Source: Thermoproteota archaeon
Lineage (GTDB): Archaea; Korarchaeota; Korarchaeia; Korarchaeales; Korarchaeaceae
Assembly (NCBI GenBank): GCA_027491735.1
Contig: JAOZGP010000018.1
Location: 1 to 39,864, forward strand
Length of the DNA: 39,864 nt
Direction of reading: 5' to 3'
Shown here: positions 17,705-26,253 of the stretch, piece by piece
Numbering within the stretch: the stretch's first letter is position 1
Layout of the letters: the number at the start of each line of letters is the position of its first letter
Position numbers and translations under genes: made by a program
The notes under the pieces: model-generated
The model's database searches: none
Told to the model about the DNA's origin: nothing
What the model saw: the letters and a program-made list of their open reading frames with translations, nothing else

Positions 17705-19549
17705 TCAGACACCCAGGAAGGCAACCCTCTGCTTGAGCAGATAGTTGGACACGGTCATCACCACAAGCTGTATGCTCATGAGCAAGACGCCCAGAGCAGC
17801 GGCCACGCTGACAGTCCCCACAGCACCACTAGAGTATATGACCTGGCTCATGTAGAAAGTTATCGGTCCCTGTTCTGGCTTCAAGCTGCTCAAGGTTATG
17901 CTCGTGCTGACCTCGTTCATCGAGTAGACAAACGAGAGGAGACCTCCTCCTATCACATTAGCTGCTATCAGCGGTATGGCTATTGTAGCGAAGGTCCTCC
18001 ATCTATTTGCTCCGAGATTCAGAGCAGCCTCCTCCAGGCTTTCATGTGTCTGCTGAAGTCCCGCGAATACTGATCTGGCGGTGAATGGTATTCTTCTGAC
18101 TGTGTAGGTGAATATCAGCAGAAATCCCGGATTCAAGAAGGGGTCGAAGGGAGTGCCCGAGAAGAACGTCGCAAAGAAGAGCAGGTAACCGACAGCCAAT
18201 ATTATACCGGGAACTGCTATGGGAACAGTGACCAAGCTGTCCAAGGCATCCTTTCCTGGTATCTTCCTCCTGGCTATGACGTATGCAGCGCTAACACCGA
18301 CCACCAACATGAGAATGGTGGCCATCGACGAGTACGTGAGGCTGTTCATTATGGATCGAAGCACGTCCGGCTCGCTGACGAGCTCACTCATGAACTGAGG
18401 TGTGAACGCTGTGGGGACTGGAAGACCATTGTAGGCCCAATCGCTCATGGCAAGCACAACGACGCCTATTTGTGGAAAGGAGGCGGTGATCACAAGCCCT
18501 AACAGGAACAGATAGACAGCGATAAGTCCTAGAGGGCCCAACTTCCTGATTCTCGGATTAAACCTCCCTCCCTTGGAGATCATAGCATACTGCCTCAGGG
18601 TGACGTACTTCTTTATCGAGAGGAAGACGGCCACAGCTATAGCGAGCATTATCACCGCTAGGGCGTAGGTTGAGGCGTGAACCTGCTCCACTGATCCCAG
18701 ACCTCCGATGAACTCGCTGTATATGTAGAAGCTTATGAGTTTCTGGTGAAGCCCGCTTCCAAAGGCTCCGCTAAGACCTATAGGAGCTCCTAAATCCTCC
18801 AGACTTATTATGAAGACTATGGCTGCTCCAGCAGCTATCCCGGGGAGGGCCAGGGGAAGCGTCACGCTCCTGAACACCTTGAACCCCCTGGCTCCAAGGG
18901 TCTCCGCCTGCTCCTCCATGGACGGATCTATGCTTATGAAGGAGCTGAGGGCGTTCAGGTAGACTATCGGGAAGAAACTTATGGTCTGGATGAGTATGAC
19001 GGCTGGAAGACCGGATATCTGCACCTTAAATGGAAGCAGGCGGAGAATGTCGTGGAACACATAATTGAACAGGCCGTTCTGTCCCAGAACCTTGCCTATT
19101 ACGAATGCGTTCACGAAGGGGGTGGCGAGCATTGGTATCAGGAGAACGACCCTGAAGAAGATCTTGCCGAGGAACTCATACCTCGCCATTATGAACGCAG
19201 CCGTCACACCCAAAAGTATGGAGAAAACGGTGACCGTGATGGCGACGAACAGGCTGTTAAACAGGACTCCGAAGTCAGGACCTCTGTTCCCCACAAACAA
19301 GAAAGTTCCGAGAGACGTCCTACTCATGTAGGCAAAGTTGAGATTTGGGGGATAGGTTACGAAGTTCGGGTCGGATAGCAGAGCTTGAAAGTAGTAGGAA
19401 GAAAGCCTTCCATTGTGGAAAAAAGCCCTGATCACCATGTAGAACAGGGGGACTATTAGGAAAAAAATCAGGATGAAGAGGGAAGCTGAAAGTTGGGTTG
19501 TTGTCAATGAGTCCAGTTCTCTCTTCAATCTCTTGGTGAAGCTGCTCAT
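17705..19549 (-). CDS. ABC transporter permease, duplicated-domain FbpB/AfuB/ThiP type
   Basis: Two EAA loops (MEEQAETLGA, LEEAALNLGA). Confidence 0.9.
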   Translation of the reverse strand: MSSFTKRLKRELDSLTTTQLSASLFILIFFLIVPLFYMVIRAFFHNGRLSSYYFQALLSDPNFVTYPPNLNFAYMSRTSLGTFLFVGNRGPDFGVLFNSLFVAITVTVFSILLGVTAAFIMARYEFLGKIFFRVVLLIPMLATPFVNAFVIGKVLGQNGLFNYVFHDILRLLPFKVQISGLPAVILIQTISFFPIVYLNALSSFISIDPSMEEQAETLGARGFKVFRSVTLPLALPGIAAGAAIVFIISLEDLGAPIGLSGAFGSGLHQKLISFYIYSEFIGGLGSVEQVHASTYALAVIMLAIAVAVFLSIKKYVTLRQYAMISKGGRFNPRIRKLGPLGLIAVYLFLLGLVITASFPQIGVVVLAMSDWAYNGLPVPTAFTPQFMSELVSEPDVLRSIMNSLTYSSMATILMLVVGVSAAYVIARRKIPGKDALDSLVTVPIAVPGIILAVGYLLFFATFFSGTPFDPFLNPGFLLIFTYTVRRIPFTARSVFAGLQQTHESLEEAALNLGANRWRTFATIAIPLIAANVIGGGLLSFVYSMNEVSTSITLSSLKPEQGPITFYMSQVIYSSGAVGTVSVAAALGVLLMSIQLVVMTVSNYLLKQRVAFLGV

Positions 19550-19570
19550 TCCACGAGCACCTGCTCTATC

Positions 19571-21046
19571 TCAGCTTCCCAAGATCTTCAGTGCCTCTTC
19601 ATATCTCTTAACAGCCGCCTTGTACCACTCATCAGTTATCTTTTTCCTAAAGTCCACGTTGTTGAACAGCAGACTATTTATGCTCTGAGCGTAGCTCTGT
19701 GTGAAGGTCTTGATCTCACCAGTTCTCGGATCCTTAAACTGCAGCTTGGTTGGATTCGCCAGCATGTCTATGAGCTCCTCAAACTTCTGCTCTGATATCT
19801 TGCCCTCAAGCTTGGCCTTAGCGAGAGCCTCCCATGCCTGCTGGAGCTTGTCATGCGGCACGTATATGGTCCAGTGATAAAACTGGATGAGGCTGAACTC
19901 ATAGCTGCTGGCAAGCGCATCACTGAACTCTATGGATATGAGGCTGAGAGTGTGCTCATAGGCTGCTTTGAGATCGCTCCTCTTCTTTCCCTCCGGTGTC
20001 TCAAACACCTTTGGGTTGGCGGGCATTCTGTTCACCTTCGGGTTGAGCCAGATCTTCTGGCCTTCGGGGCTCAACACCCAGGCTATGAAGGCCTGAGCAG
20101 CCTCCTGATGCTTAGAGGTCTTCAGAAGGGCAATGGGATCTCCGTTCACTATGGATCCATCCTTGGGGACGAGGTATCGACACACTTGTGGGTTCTCCAG
20201 CTGGGCTGTGTACCCATAGAAATCTATAGTGGTGCCTGCACCTATGTCGCCTCTTATGACGGCATCCCTCACCAGACCCGACTTATCGTATATTCGGGCG
20301 TTGGCTCCTATCAAGGTGAGGATCTCCCATCCTTTCTCCCATCCATAATCCTGCAGTATTATCTCAAACATCCTGGTGTTGCTGGTGCTGTACATGGCAT
20401 CAGCTGTTCCTATGCTCGGTATCGGCAGAGTCTTAGCGTAGGTCTCGTTGGCGAGATCTATCCATCTCCCAGGTACTGGAAGACCTGCTTTCTGCAGATA
20501 CTTCTTGTTTATCGTGAATCCAAAGGAGGATATGGCAGCAGCTACCCATACAGGCCTGCCTTGTGAATCAAATCTCTTCATCATGGCTCCAGCGAGCTTA
20601 TCTGGTATATCCTTGGACGCTAACAAAACCTTCTGGCTTGTCATCGGAGCTAGGTAACCTTTGTCAGCCAACAGGTTGAAGAGGGTGGGTCCTCCTCCCC
20701 AAGCCACGTCTATCTCCTTTCCGGGCTTATTGGCGCTTGCCTTGATTATGTCTATCCACTCACCTGGATCAACGGAGAGCCATTCGACATTCACGATGTG
20801 GTACTCCTTAGCTAAATCCGATGCCAGAAACTCCTTTTTGGCGACGTCCAGTATATCATACCCATGTCTCGTTATGACCCTCAGGGTTATCCCTTGAGCC
20901 TGAGTGGTCGGTTTGGAGGGCCTCCTCCTTCCTCCCATGAGGAGGGCAGCTGCGAAGATGATTACTATAACCACAACTGCGGCGAATATAGCACCCCTAC
21001 TGACGCCCTTCCTCCTCAAAAGTTTCACCACGAGCCCCTCACACAT
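19571..21046 (-). CDS. ABC substrate-binding protein, AfuA/FbpA-like
   Basis: N-terminal TM anchor; DVAWGGG, TIDFYG, DPIALLK...AQAFIAWVLSPEGQ. Confidence 0.87.
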   Translation of the reverse strand: MCEGLVVKLLRRKGVSRGAIFAAVVVIVIIFAAALLMGGRRRPSKPTTQAQGITLRVITRHGYDILDVAKKEFLASDLAKEYHIVNVEWLSVDPGEWIDIIKASANKPGKEIDVAWGGGPTLFNLLADKGYLAPMTSQKVLLASKDIPDKLAGAMMKRFDSQGRPVWVAAAISSFGFTINKKYLQKAGLPVPGRWIDLANETYAKTLPIPSIGTADAMYSTSNTRMFEIILQDYGWEKGWEILTLIGANARIYDKSGLVRDAVIRGDIGAGTTIDFYGYTAQLENPQVCRYLVPKDGSIVNGDPIALLKTSKHQEAAQAFIAWVLSPEGQKIWLNPKVNRMPANPKVFETPEGKKRSDLKAAYEHTLSLISIEFSDALASSYEFSLIQFYHWTIYVPHDKLQQAWEALAKAKLEGKISEQKFEELIDMLANPTKLQFKDPRTGEIKTFTQSYAQSINSLLFNNVDFRKKITDEWYKAAVKRYEEALKILGS

Positions 21047-21147
21047 GTCTTCTCTTAAACCCTACGTCAGGAATCTAAATAAATCTATATAGATCTTTAT
21101 AGTTAGTTCGAAAAAGGGTTTTTAATGAACCTTGGGGCACAGTTCCG

Positions 21148-22140
21148 GTGGACGAAATGAGAAGTTCTCTTGTTATGGCCGGGCTTCTTGCAGTCTTTCT
21201 CCTCTCTGTAGCGGTTCCCGTAACTGCCCAAGAAAAACCTCTGGTTGTAGTCTTTGCCAAGGGAATGCTGAAACCGGACAACTCACTGAAGTGGATGGAG
21301 GGAAACATAACTCAGGTGAAATGGAAGATCTACACTGACACGATAACATACGACGAAATAAAGGACGCATCCATGCTGATACTGGTGCAGGTCGACACCT
21401 CGCAGAAGTACACGTCGGATGAGATAGCAGTCATAAAGAAGTGGTTCGACCAGGGAGGGAAGACCATATGGGTTACCGGTGATTCCGACTACAAGGGAGG
21501 AGATTACCTGAGGATAGGGCCTGCAAACGATGTCCTACAGGCTGTGGGAAGTGTGCTGAGGATAGATAACTGCGAGGCCACAGATCCTCAGTCCAATGCT
21601 GGTAAGCCATACCGTGTGATAGGAATGATCTCTCCAGATCCCGCCCTAAAGTTCCTCGCGGATGGTGTGAGTCATGGCGTGTTGTTCCATGGACCCGGGC
21701 CTGTGGTCGCTTACGTCAATGGCCAGTGGAACAATTTGGTCGAATCCGCTCCTCAGAATGTCTACAGGATTGCTTGGACCAGCGATCAAGGAGCTGTTGC
21801 CGAGTTCGTCAAACCTCTACCTAAGGCGTTCGACGTGAGCTACAGAGGCAAGATGGTGCTCATGGCAGCTGAGATCATGTCCAACGGCGGCATAGTTATA
21901 GCCAGTGGTGAAGCACCTTTTGACCACTACAGAGGGATGTGGACCCCTGAATATCACGATAAACCACTATCAGGTCCTCAGTTTGTTACTAACACGGTTC
22001 TCTGGGGAGTTGGCCTCAAAGGATCTAAGCCATCTGCAGGAGGACCCTCTGCTGGACTGAGTCCTGTCTGGATAGCCGTTATAGTGATAGTCATAATACT
22101 GATAATCATAGCTGCCTTCGCCGCCACCAAGAAGAAGTAA
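21148..22140 (+). CDS. Secreted, C-terminally anchored protein with GATase-like (GIFT/DUF4350-like) domain
   Basis: Signal peptide; IKDASMLIL...YTSDEIAVIKKWFDQGGKTIWVTGD; C-terminal TM helix and KKK; divergent from the ABC operon. Confidence 0.7.
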   Translation: MDEMRSSLVMAGLLAVFLLSVAVPVTAQEKPLVVVFAKGMLKPDNSLKWMEGNITQVKWKIYTDTITYDEIKDASMLILVQVDTSQKYTSDEIAVIKKWFDQGGKTIWVTGDSDYKGGDYLRIGPANDVLQAVGSVLRIDNCEATDPQSNAGKPYRVIGMISPDPALKFLADGVSHGVLFHGPGPVVAYVNGQWNNLVESAPQNVYRIAWTSDQGAVAEFVKPLPKAFDVSYRGKMVLMAAEIMSNGGIVIASGEAPFDHYRGMWTPEYHDKPLSGPQFVTNTVLWGVGLKGSKPSAGGPSAGLSPVWIAVIVIVIILIIIAAFAATKKK

Positions 22141-22150
22141 ACCGTGAAGA

Positions 22151-22185
22151 TCTCTCCTCTCTCTTTTTCTCAGACCTTTTTCTCC
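22151..22185 (+). terminator. Pyrimidine/oligo-T terminator candidate
   Basis: TCTCTCCTCTCTCTTTTTCTCAGACCTTTTTCTCC shortly after the stop at 22140. Confidence 0.5.
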
Positions 22186-22243
22186 AAAACGAGATCACGA
22201 CTGAACTCCTGTTCTGGAGAATTGTCGAAAACGGAGTCAGAAC

Positions 22244-22555
22244 CTAACCTGTGACTACAAGGGGCCTCCTCTGAACGAGGGCTGTTGCGATCTTCTTTCT
22301 AGCACTATCGAGCATCCTCCACAGAGTCCCTCTGGAGACACCCATCCGTCCAGCAGCGGTTTCTTGGTCTAAACCATCGAAGTAAGCGAGTTTGAAGGCC
22401 TCAAACTCATCTGGGGTCAGTAAGACAGCATTACAGTAGCCTGCCGACGGAATGAAAGGGGTTGGCACGAACGCAATGCCTCCCGTCCAGGAGCCTATGA
22501 ACCTGGGCTTCATAGGTCTTCCTGGTCCTCTTCTCCTTCCTCGCCACCTATACAA
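22244..22555 (-). CDS. DUF134 (UPF0251) HTH protein
   Basis: GRPMKPR...LTPDEFEAFKL...DQETAAGRMGVSRGTLWRMLDSARKKIA. Start likely TTG 22555 after GGGGGA. Confidence 0.88.
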   Translation of the reverse strand: MYRWRGRRRGPGRPMKPRFIGSWTGGIAFVPTPFIPSAGYCNAVLLTPDEFEAFKLAYFDGLDQETAAGRMGVSRGTLWRMLDSARKKIATALVQRRPLVVTG

Positions 22556-22995
22556 AAGATCCCCCGTGAGGAACCTGATCTCATCAAATAAAAAAATCAT
22601 AATCACAATATCACAATGTCCGTGCATTGTCGCGTAATCCTTTCCCTACCTTCAGTCTCCACCGTGAGGCCCTCACAGAGATTGAGAAGCGTGCAACACA
22701 GAACTGCTTCCTTCGGTCTGGGTCACGCAGCTCGTGCCACACCAAATTGCTGAGCTCTTTTCAGCACTTCATGTCCTTAAACACAAAAGCAGATCACCTC
22801 CAATCCAATCCTTTCGTTAAAACGGTGGGCTTTCTCAGACTTTCCTTAAACGGTTTTCTTCACAATCTCGGGTTTTGACCCAATCTTCCTCAAATACAAA
22901 CTCATCCCCCAACAATAGGATCAGATCAGGAGGTCTGCCTTAGTGGATGATAAATCCGAGGTAGAACTTTAAGGCTTGAGGTTTCCAAGTGGAGT

Positions 22996-23319
22996 ATGTA
23001 CGACGTCGAGGAGTTCTGGGAGTTTGATCTCAGGATCGGCCTTGTGGAAGAAGCTGAGAGGATACCAAAGTCAAGAAAGCTGATAAAGCTCTTGGTGAAC
23101 TTTGGAAGCGAGAGAAGGGTCATAGTCACAGGAATAGCTGATCAGTACTCACCTGAAGACCTCAAGGGAAAGAGGATGATATTCGTCCTGAACCTCAAGC
23201 CTAAAAGGATAATGGGAATTGAAAGTCAGGGGATGCTTCTCCTGGCGGAGGAGGGATCGGGGAGAGTACACCTCATAACAGTGGGCGAGGACGTCCCACC
23301 GGGAACCAAGGTCTGGTGA
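22996..23319 (+). CDS. Stand-alone tRNA-binding OB-fold protein (Trbp111/CsaA/MetRS C-terminal-like)
   Basis: DLRIG...KLIKLLVNFG...NLKPKRIMGIESQGMLL. Confidence 0.9.
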   Translation: MYDVEEFWEFDLRIGLVEEAERIPKSRKLIKLLVNFGSERRVIVTGIADQYSPEDLKGKRMIFVLNLKPKRIMGIESQGMLLLAEEGSGRVHLITVGEDVPPGTKVW

Positions 23320-23510
23320 CCCGATCCAGCAGATAGGCTAAAAGGCGCTGGTGGTGGACACCTGATCCATGAGGTTCATCAGCTAAGTAGAACGAGAGGC
23401 GCATGAGAAGTTGGGTCTGACCCGGAGTCATGCTCTCCAGAAGCTGTCTCTAGCGATACACTGCCCGGCTGAGGTAAGCTTCTTTAAGTTTTAGAGAGGC
23501 GAGTTTGTCG

Positions 23511-24617
23511 ATGAAAGCGGTGGTGCTCGCTGCTGGCAGAGGTGTGAGGCTTCGCCCTCTGACCGACTCCATGCCGAAGGCGATGCTCCCCATATGCAAC
23601 AAGCCATTGCTGGATCACATAATGGATCTCCTCAGAAGGCATGGGATCGACGAGGTGGCGGTGGTCGTCGGTTACAAGGAGGACGTTGTGAGGAATCATC
23701 TGAAGGGCAATGTGACCTTTTTCAGGGACGAAAAGATATGCGGAACCGCCTCCGCATTATATGCGGCCAAGGACTTCATAGACGAGGACTTTCTGTTGGT
23801 GTACGGCGATCTCTTCATAGACGCCTCTCTTGAGGGGGTGGTAGAAACCGAGAACTCCATGGCAGTCTACAGAGTTAAGGACGTCTCTAGATATGGAAAG
23901 GTGATCGTCAAGAACGGACTCCTCGCGAGAATCATGGAAAAGAGCGGGTCAGGAGAGGGCCTCATAAACGCCGGCATATATCACCTCGATCCGGAGATAC
24001 TGGACTTCGTTGAGAAAACTCAAAGGAGTGAGAGGGGGGAGTATGAGCTCACCGACTCCATAACAATGCTCTCTGAGAAGAAGGGAATCAAAATCATTGA
24101 AATAGATGGGTACTGGAATGACATCGGATATCCTTGGGACTATCTCGACGTAAACGAGTATTTGCTCGAGAAGCATGGCATGATAGTTGGAGAGGACGTG
24201 GAAGTGTGGTGCACGTCCGTTGTGAGGAAACCCGTGGCGTTGGGGGACGGTTGCGTTCTCCGGGGATGTGTCGTGGAGGCCTCGGTCATCGGAAGAGGAT
24301 GCATCATCGGAGAGTTCTCATCGGTGAGGAACAGCGTCCTGATGGACAGCACGCGTATATCCCCGAGCTGCACTATCTCTCACTCAGTGGTGTCTGACAA
24401 CTGCTACATAGGTCCTGGCTCCGTTTTGAAGAGCACTCCCTTGGATGGATCGACGGTCAGAATGAGAATAAAGGGCGGGATGGTGGATAGCAAAAGGGAG
24501 AACATGGGTCCTCTCATAGGATCCGGAGCCCGCATAGGAGCATGCACCGTCATCATGCCGGGGGCAAAGATAAGCTCCGGCTCGACGGTGAGGGAGGCAT
24601 CAGTTGTGAGCGCTTGA
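23511..24617 (+). CDS. Sugar-1-phosphate nucleotidylyltransferase with C-terminal left-handed beta-helix (archaeal GlmU-like)
   Basis: LAAGRGVRLRPLT..PK, YGD, RGEYELTD, WNDIGYPWD; hexapeptide repeats. Confidence 0.88.
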   Translation: MKAVVLAAGRGVRLRPLTDSMPKAMLPICNKPLLDHIMDLLRRHGIDEVAVVVGYKEDVVRNHLKGNVTFFRDEKICGTASALYAAKDFIDEDFLLVYGDLFIDASLEGVVETENSMAVYRVKDVSRYGKVIVKNGLLARIMEKSGSGEGLINAGIYHLDPEILDFVEKTQRSERGEYELTDSITMLSEKKGIKIIEIDGYWNDIGYPWDYLDVNEYLLEKHGMIVGEDVEVWCTSVVRKPVALGDGCVLRGCVVEASVIGRGCIIGEFSSVRNSVLMDSTRISPSCTISHSVVSDNCYIGPGSVLKSTPLDGSTVRMRIKGGMVDSKRENMGPLIGSGARIGACTVIMPGAKISSGSTVREASVVSA

Positions 24618-24666
24618 CCTCAGCGATCCCAATATTTTTTATCCAAGTTTAAGTTCCTAGAAATCA

Positions 24667-26208
24667 ATGGCCTCCGAGTATGTTGTAGCGACCCTAACCA
24701 ATGCTGGCATGGACGAAAGGACTGCTAGGGTGATCTTAGAGAGAATTCGGAGATCTGGTCTCCTTGAGGATTTGGAGAACCTGTACGATGTGATAGGGCG
24801 AGCTAAGGAGTCCTTGGAGGAGGTGAAGGACAAAGATCCGACCACATACACTCGCCTTAGGGCGAGAGCTGAGGCGGCGGAGGGAAGGTTCAGAGAACTG
24901 ATAGAGGATATAGGCAGGGATCCAGCGTTCTCGAAACTAGTCCGCCTTTCATTCCGGGTCGAGATACCTCTTCGCGTTCTCATTCCTTATAGAAATAAAG
25001 TAATAGAGATAAAAGATATATTTGAGGAGATATTATCTGAGTCGAGAGGAGCGGGTCCCCTATCCAGAGCCTCAATGGGAGTCTCCAAGGAAAGCTTATC
25101 GGAGATCAAAGGCGAGGTGGATAAAATAAAAGAGCAGATATCTCGAATGGAGGGTGAAGGCGTCTCTCTAGATTTCATTAAGGCTGACGTAAAGCGAGCT
25201 GAAGACCTCCTGTCTCGAGCTGATGAGACTGCCTCCATCGCGGCCATAAAAATGGTTCAGAAATCGCTGGATCAGATAAAAGGGGACATGAACAAGATAA
25301 GCGAGATAATAGCTAGAAAGGAGAGGATAATATCTGTTCTCTCCAAGGTTAAGAAGGTATGTCAGTACCTGGACAGGCTGACCTCCTCGGACATATACGA
25401 GGCCTTCTATGAGAGACTCTCCTCTCATATCTCAGCTGTAGAGAACGAACTGACATCGAGAGAGGATGTAGGCAGGCTGTTAGATGATACAAAAAGATTG
25501 GAAAATTACGTGAACACGCTTCTTGATCTGTATCCATTCATGGACCGCGGCATGAATCCGTTCGATGCACTCTCCTTGATGGAGGAGGGTCTCGATGTTC
25601 TGGATGCCATGAAGGCCGTCATGGCCGACGAGGGCCTGAGCAAGGAGGACAAGGCAGCCAGATGTCTGGACCTCATGAGGGGGAGGATAGCAAATGTGGA
25701 CGAGTTCATGGAGATAGTCTCTGAGGCCAGGAGGTTGTATCCATTCTGGAAATCCTACATAATGAGCCTCCTCAAGGAGAAGGGTTACATGGTCCATGTG
25801 GATGACCTGGAGAAGATACCAAAGAAGTGGAGGGGACTCATAATGAGAATGGTGTCCTCCGAGGATGACGACATAGTGATGGAGGGAGATCTCGTAATTC
25901 ACAAAAGAGCGATCTCTGATCAGGTGCTCGAGGAGGAGTTGAACAGCATTTATGAGGACGCCAGGATCCTTCGGGATGTGTTCGAGAAGCTGCTGAGGCT
26001 TGAAATTCCGTCTGAGGGTTTCATCAGTGATATCAACGACATCATCGCTGAGGTAGGGAGAATGAAGCGCGATCCGGATGAAGCATCCTTTCTTGAGGTG
26101 TACTCGATTAAAAAGAGGATCAATGAGATAAAAGACCATCTGAAATCACTGTTTTCTCAGCTGACATCTGAGGAGGCTGAGGAGGGAACGAATAAAGGTG
26201 CTGAATAA
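24667..26208 (+). CDS. Uncharacterised coiled-coil-rich protein with possible internal winged-helix segment
   Basis: 513 aa, E/K/R/L/I heptad-rich; no TM segment or NTPase motif seen. Confidence 0.8.
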   Translation: MASEYVVATLTNAGMDERTARVILERIRRSGLLEDLENLYDVIGRAKESLEEVKDKDPTTYTRLRARAEAAEGRFRELIEDIGRDPAFSKLVRLSFRVEIPLRVLIPYRNKVIEIKDIFEEILSESRGAGPLSRASMGVSKESLSEIKGEVDKIKEQISRMEGEGVSLDFIKADVKRAEDLLSRADETASIAAIKMVQKSLDQIKGDMNKISEIIARKERIISVLSKVKKVCQYLDRLTSSDIYEAFYERLSSHISAVENELTSREDVGRLLDDTKRLENYVNTLLDLYPFMDRGMNPFDALSLMEEGLDVLDAMKAVMADEGLSKEDKAARCLDLMRGRIANVDEFMEIVSEARRLYPFWKSYIMSLLKEKGYMVHVDDLEKIPKKWRGLIMRMVSSEDDDIVMEGDLVIHKRAISDQVLEEELNSIYEDARILRDVFEKLLRLEIPSEGFISDINDIIAEVGRMKRDPDEASFLEVYSIKKRINEIKDHLKSLFSQLTSEEAEEGTNKGAE

Positions 26209-26253
26209 TATTTAAAATAGTCCTAACGCTGGGTCCTACAAGGTGTTCCCCCG

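Noticed and set aside
22761-22784. Selenocysteine read-through at TGC-TGA
   Set aside because: The read-through product resembles no selenoprotein and no SECIS-like element was identified.
23320-23480. Possible C/D box sRNA between the tRNA-binding gene and the GlmU-like gene
   Set aside because: Scattered CTGA/ATGAG words without canonical box order or spacing.
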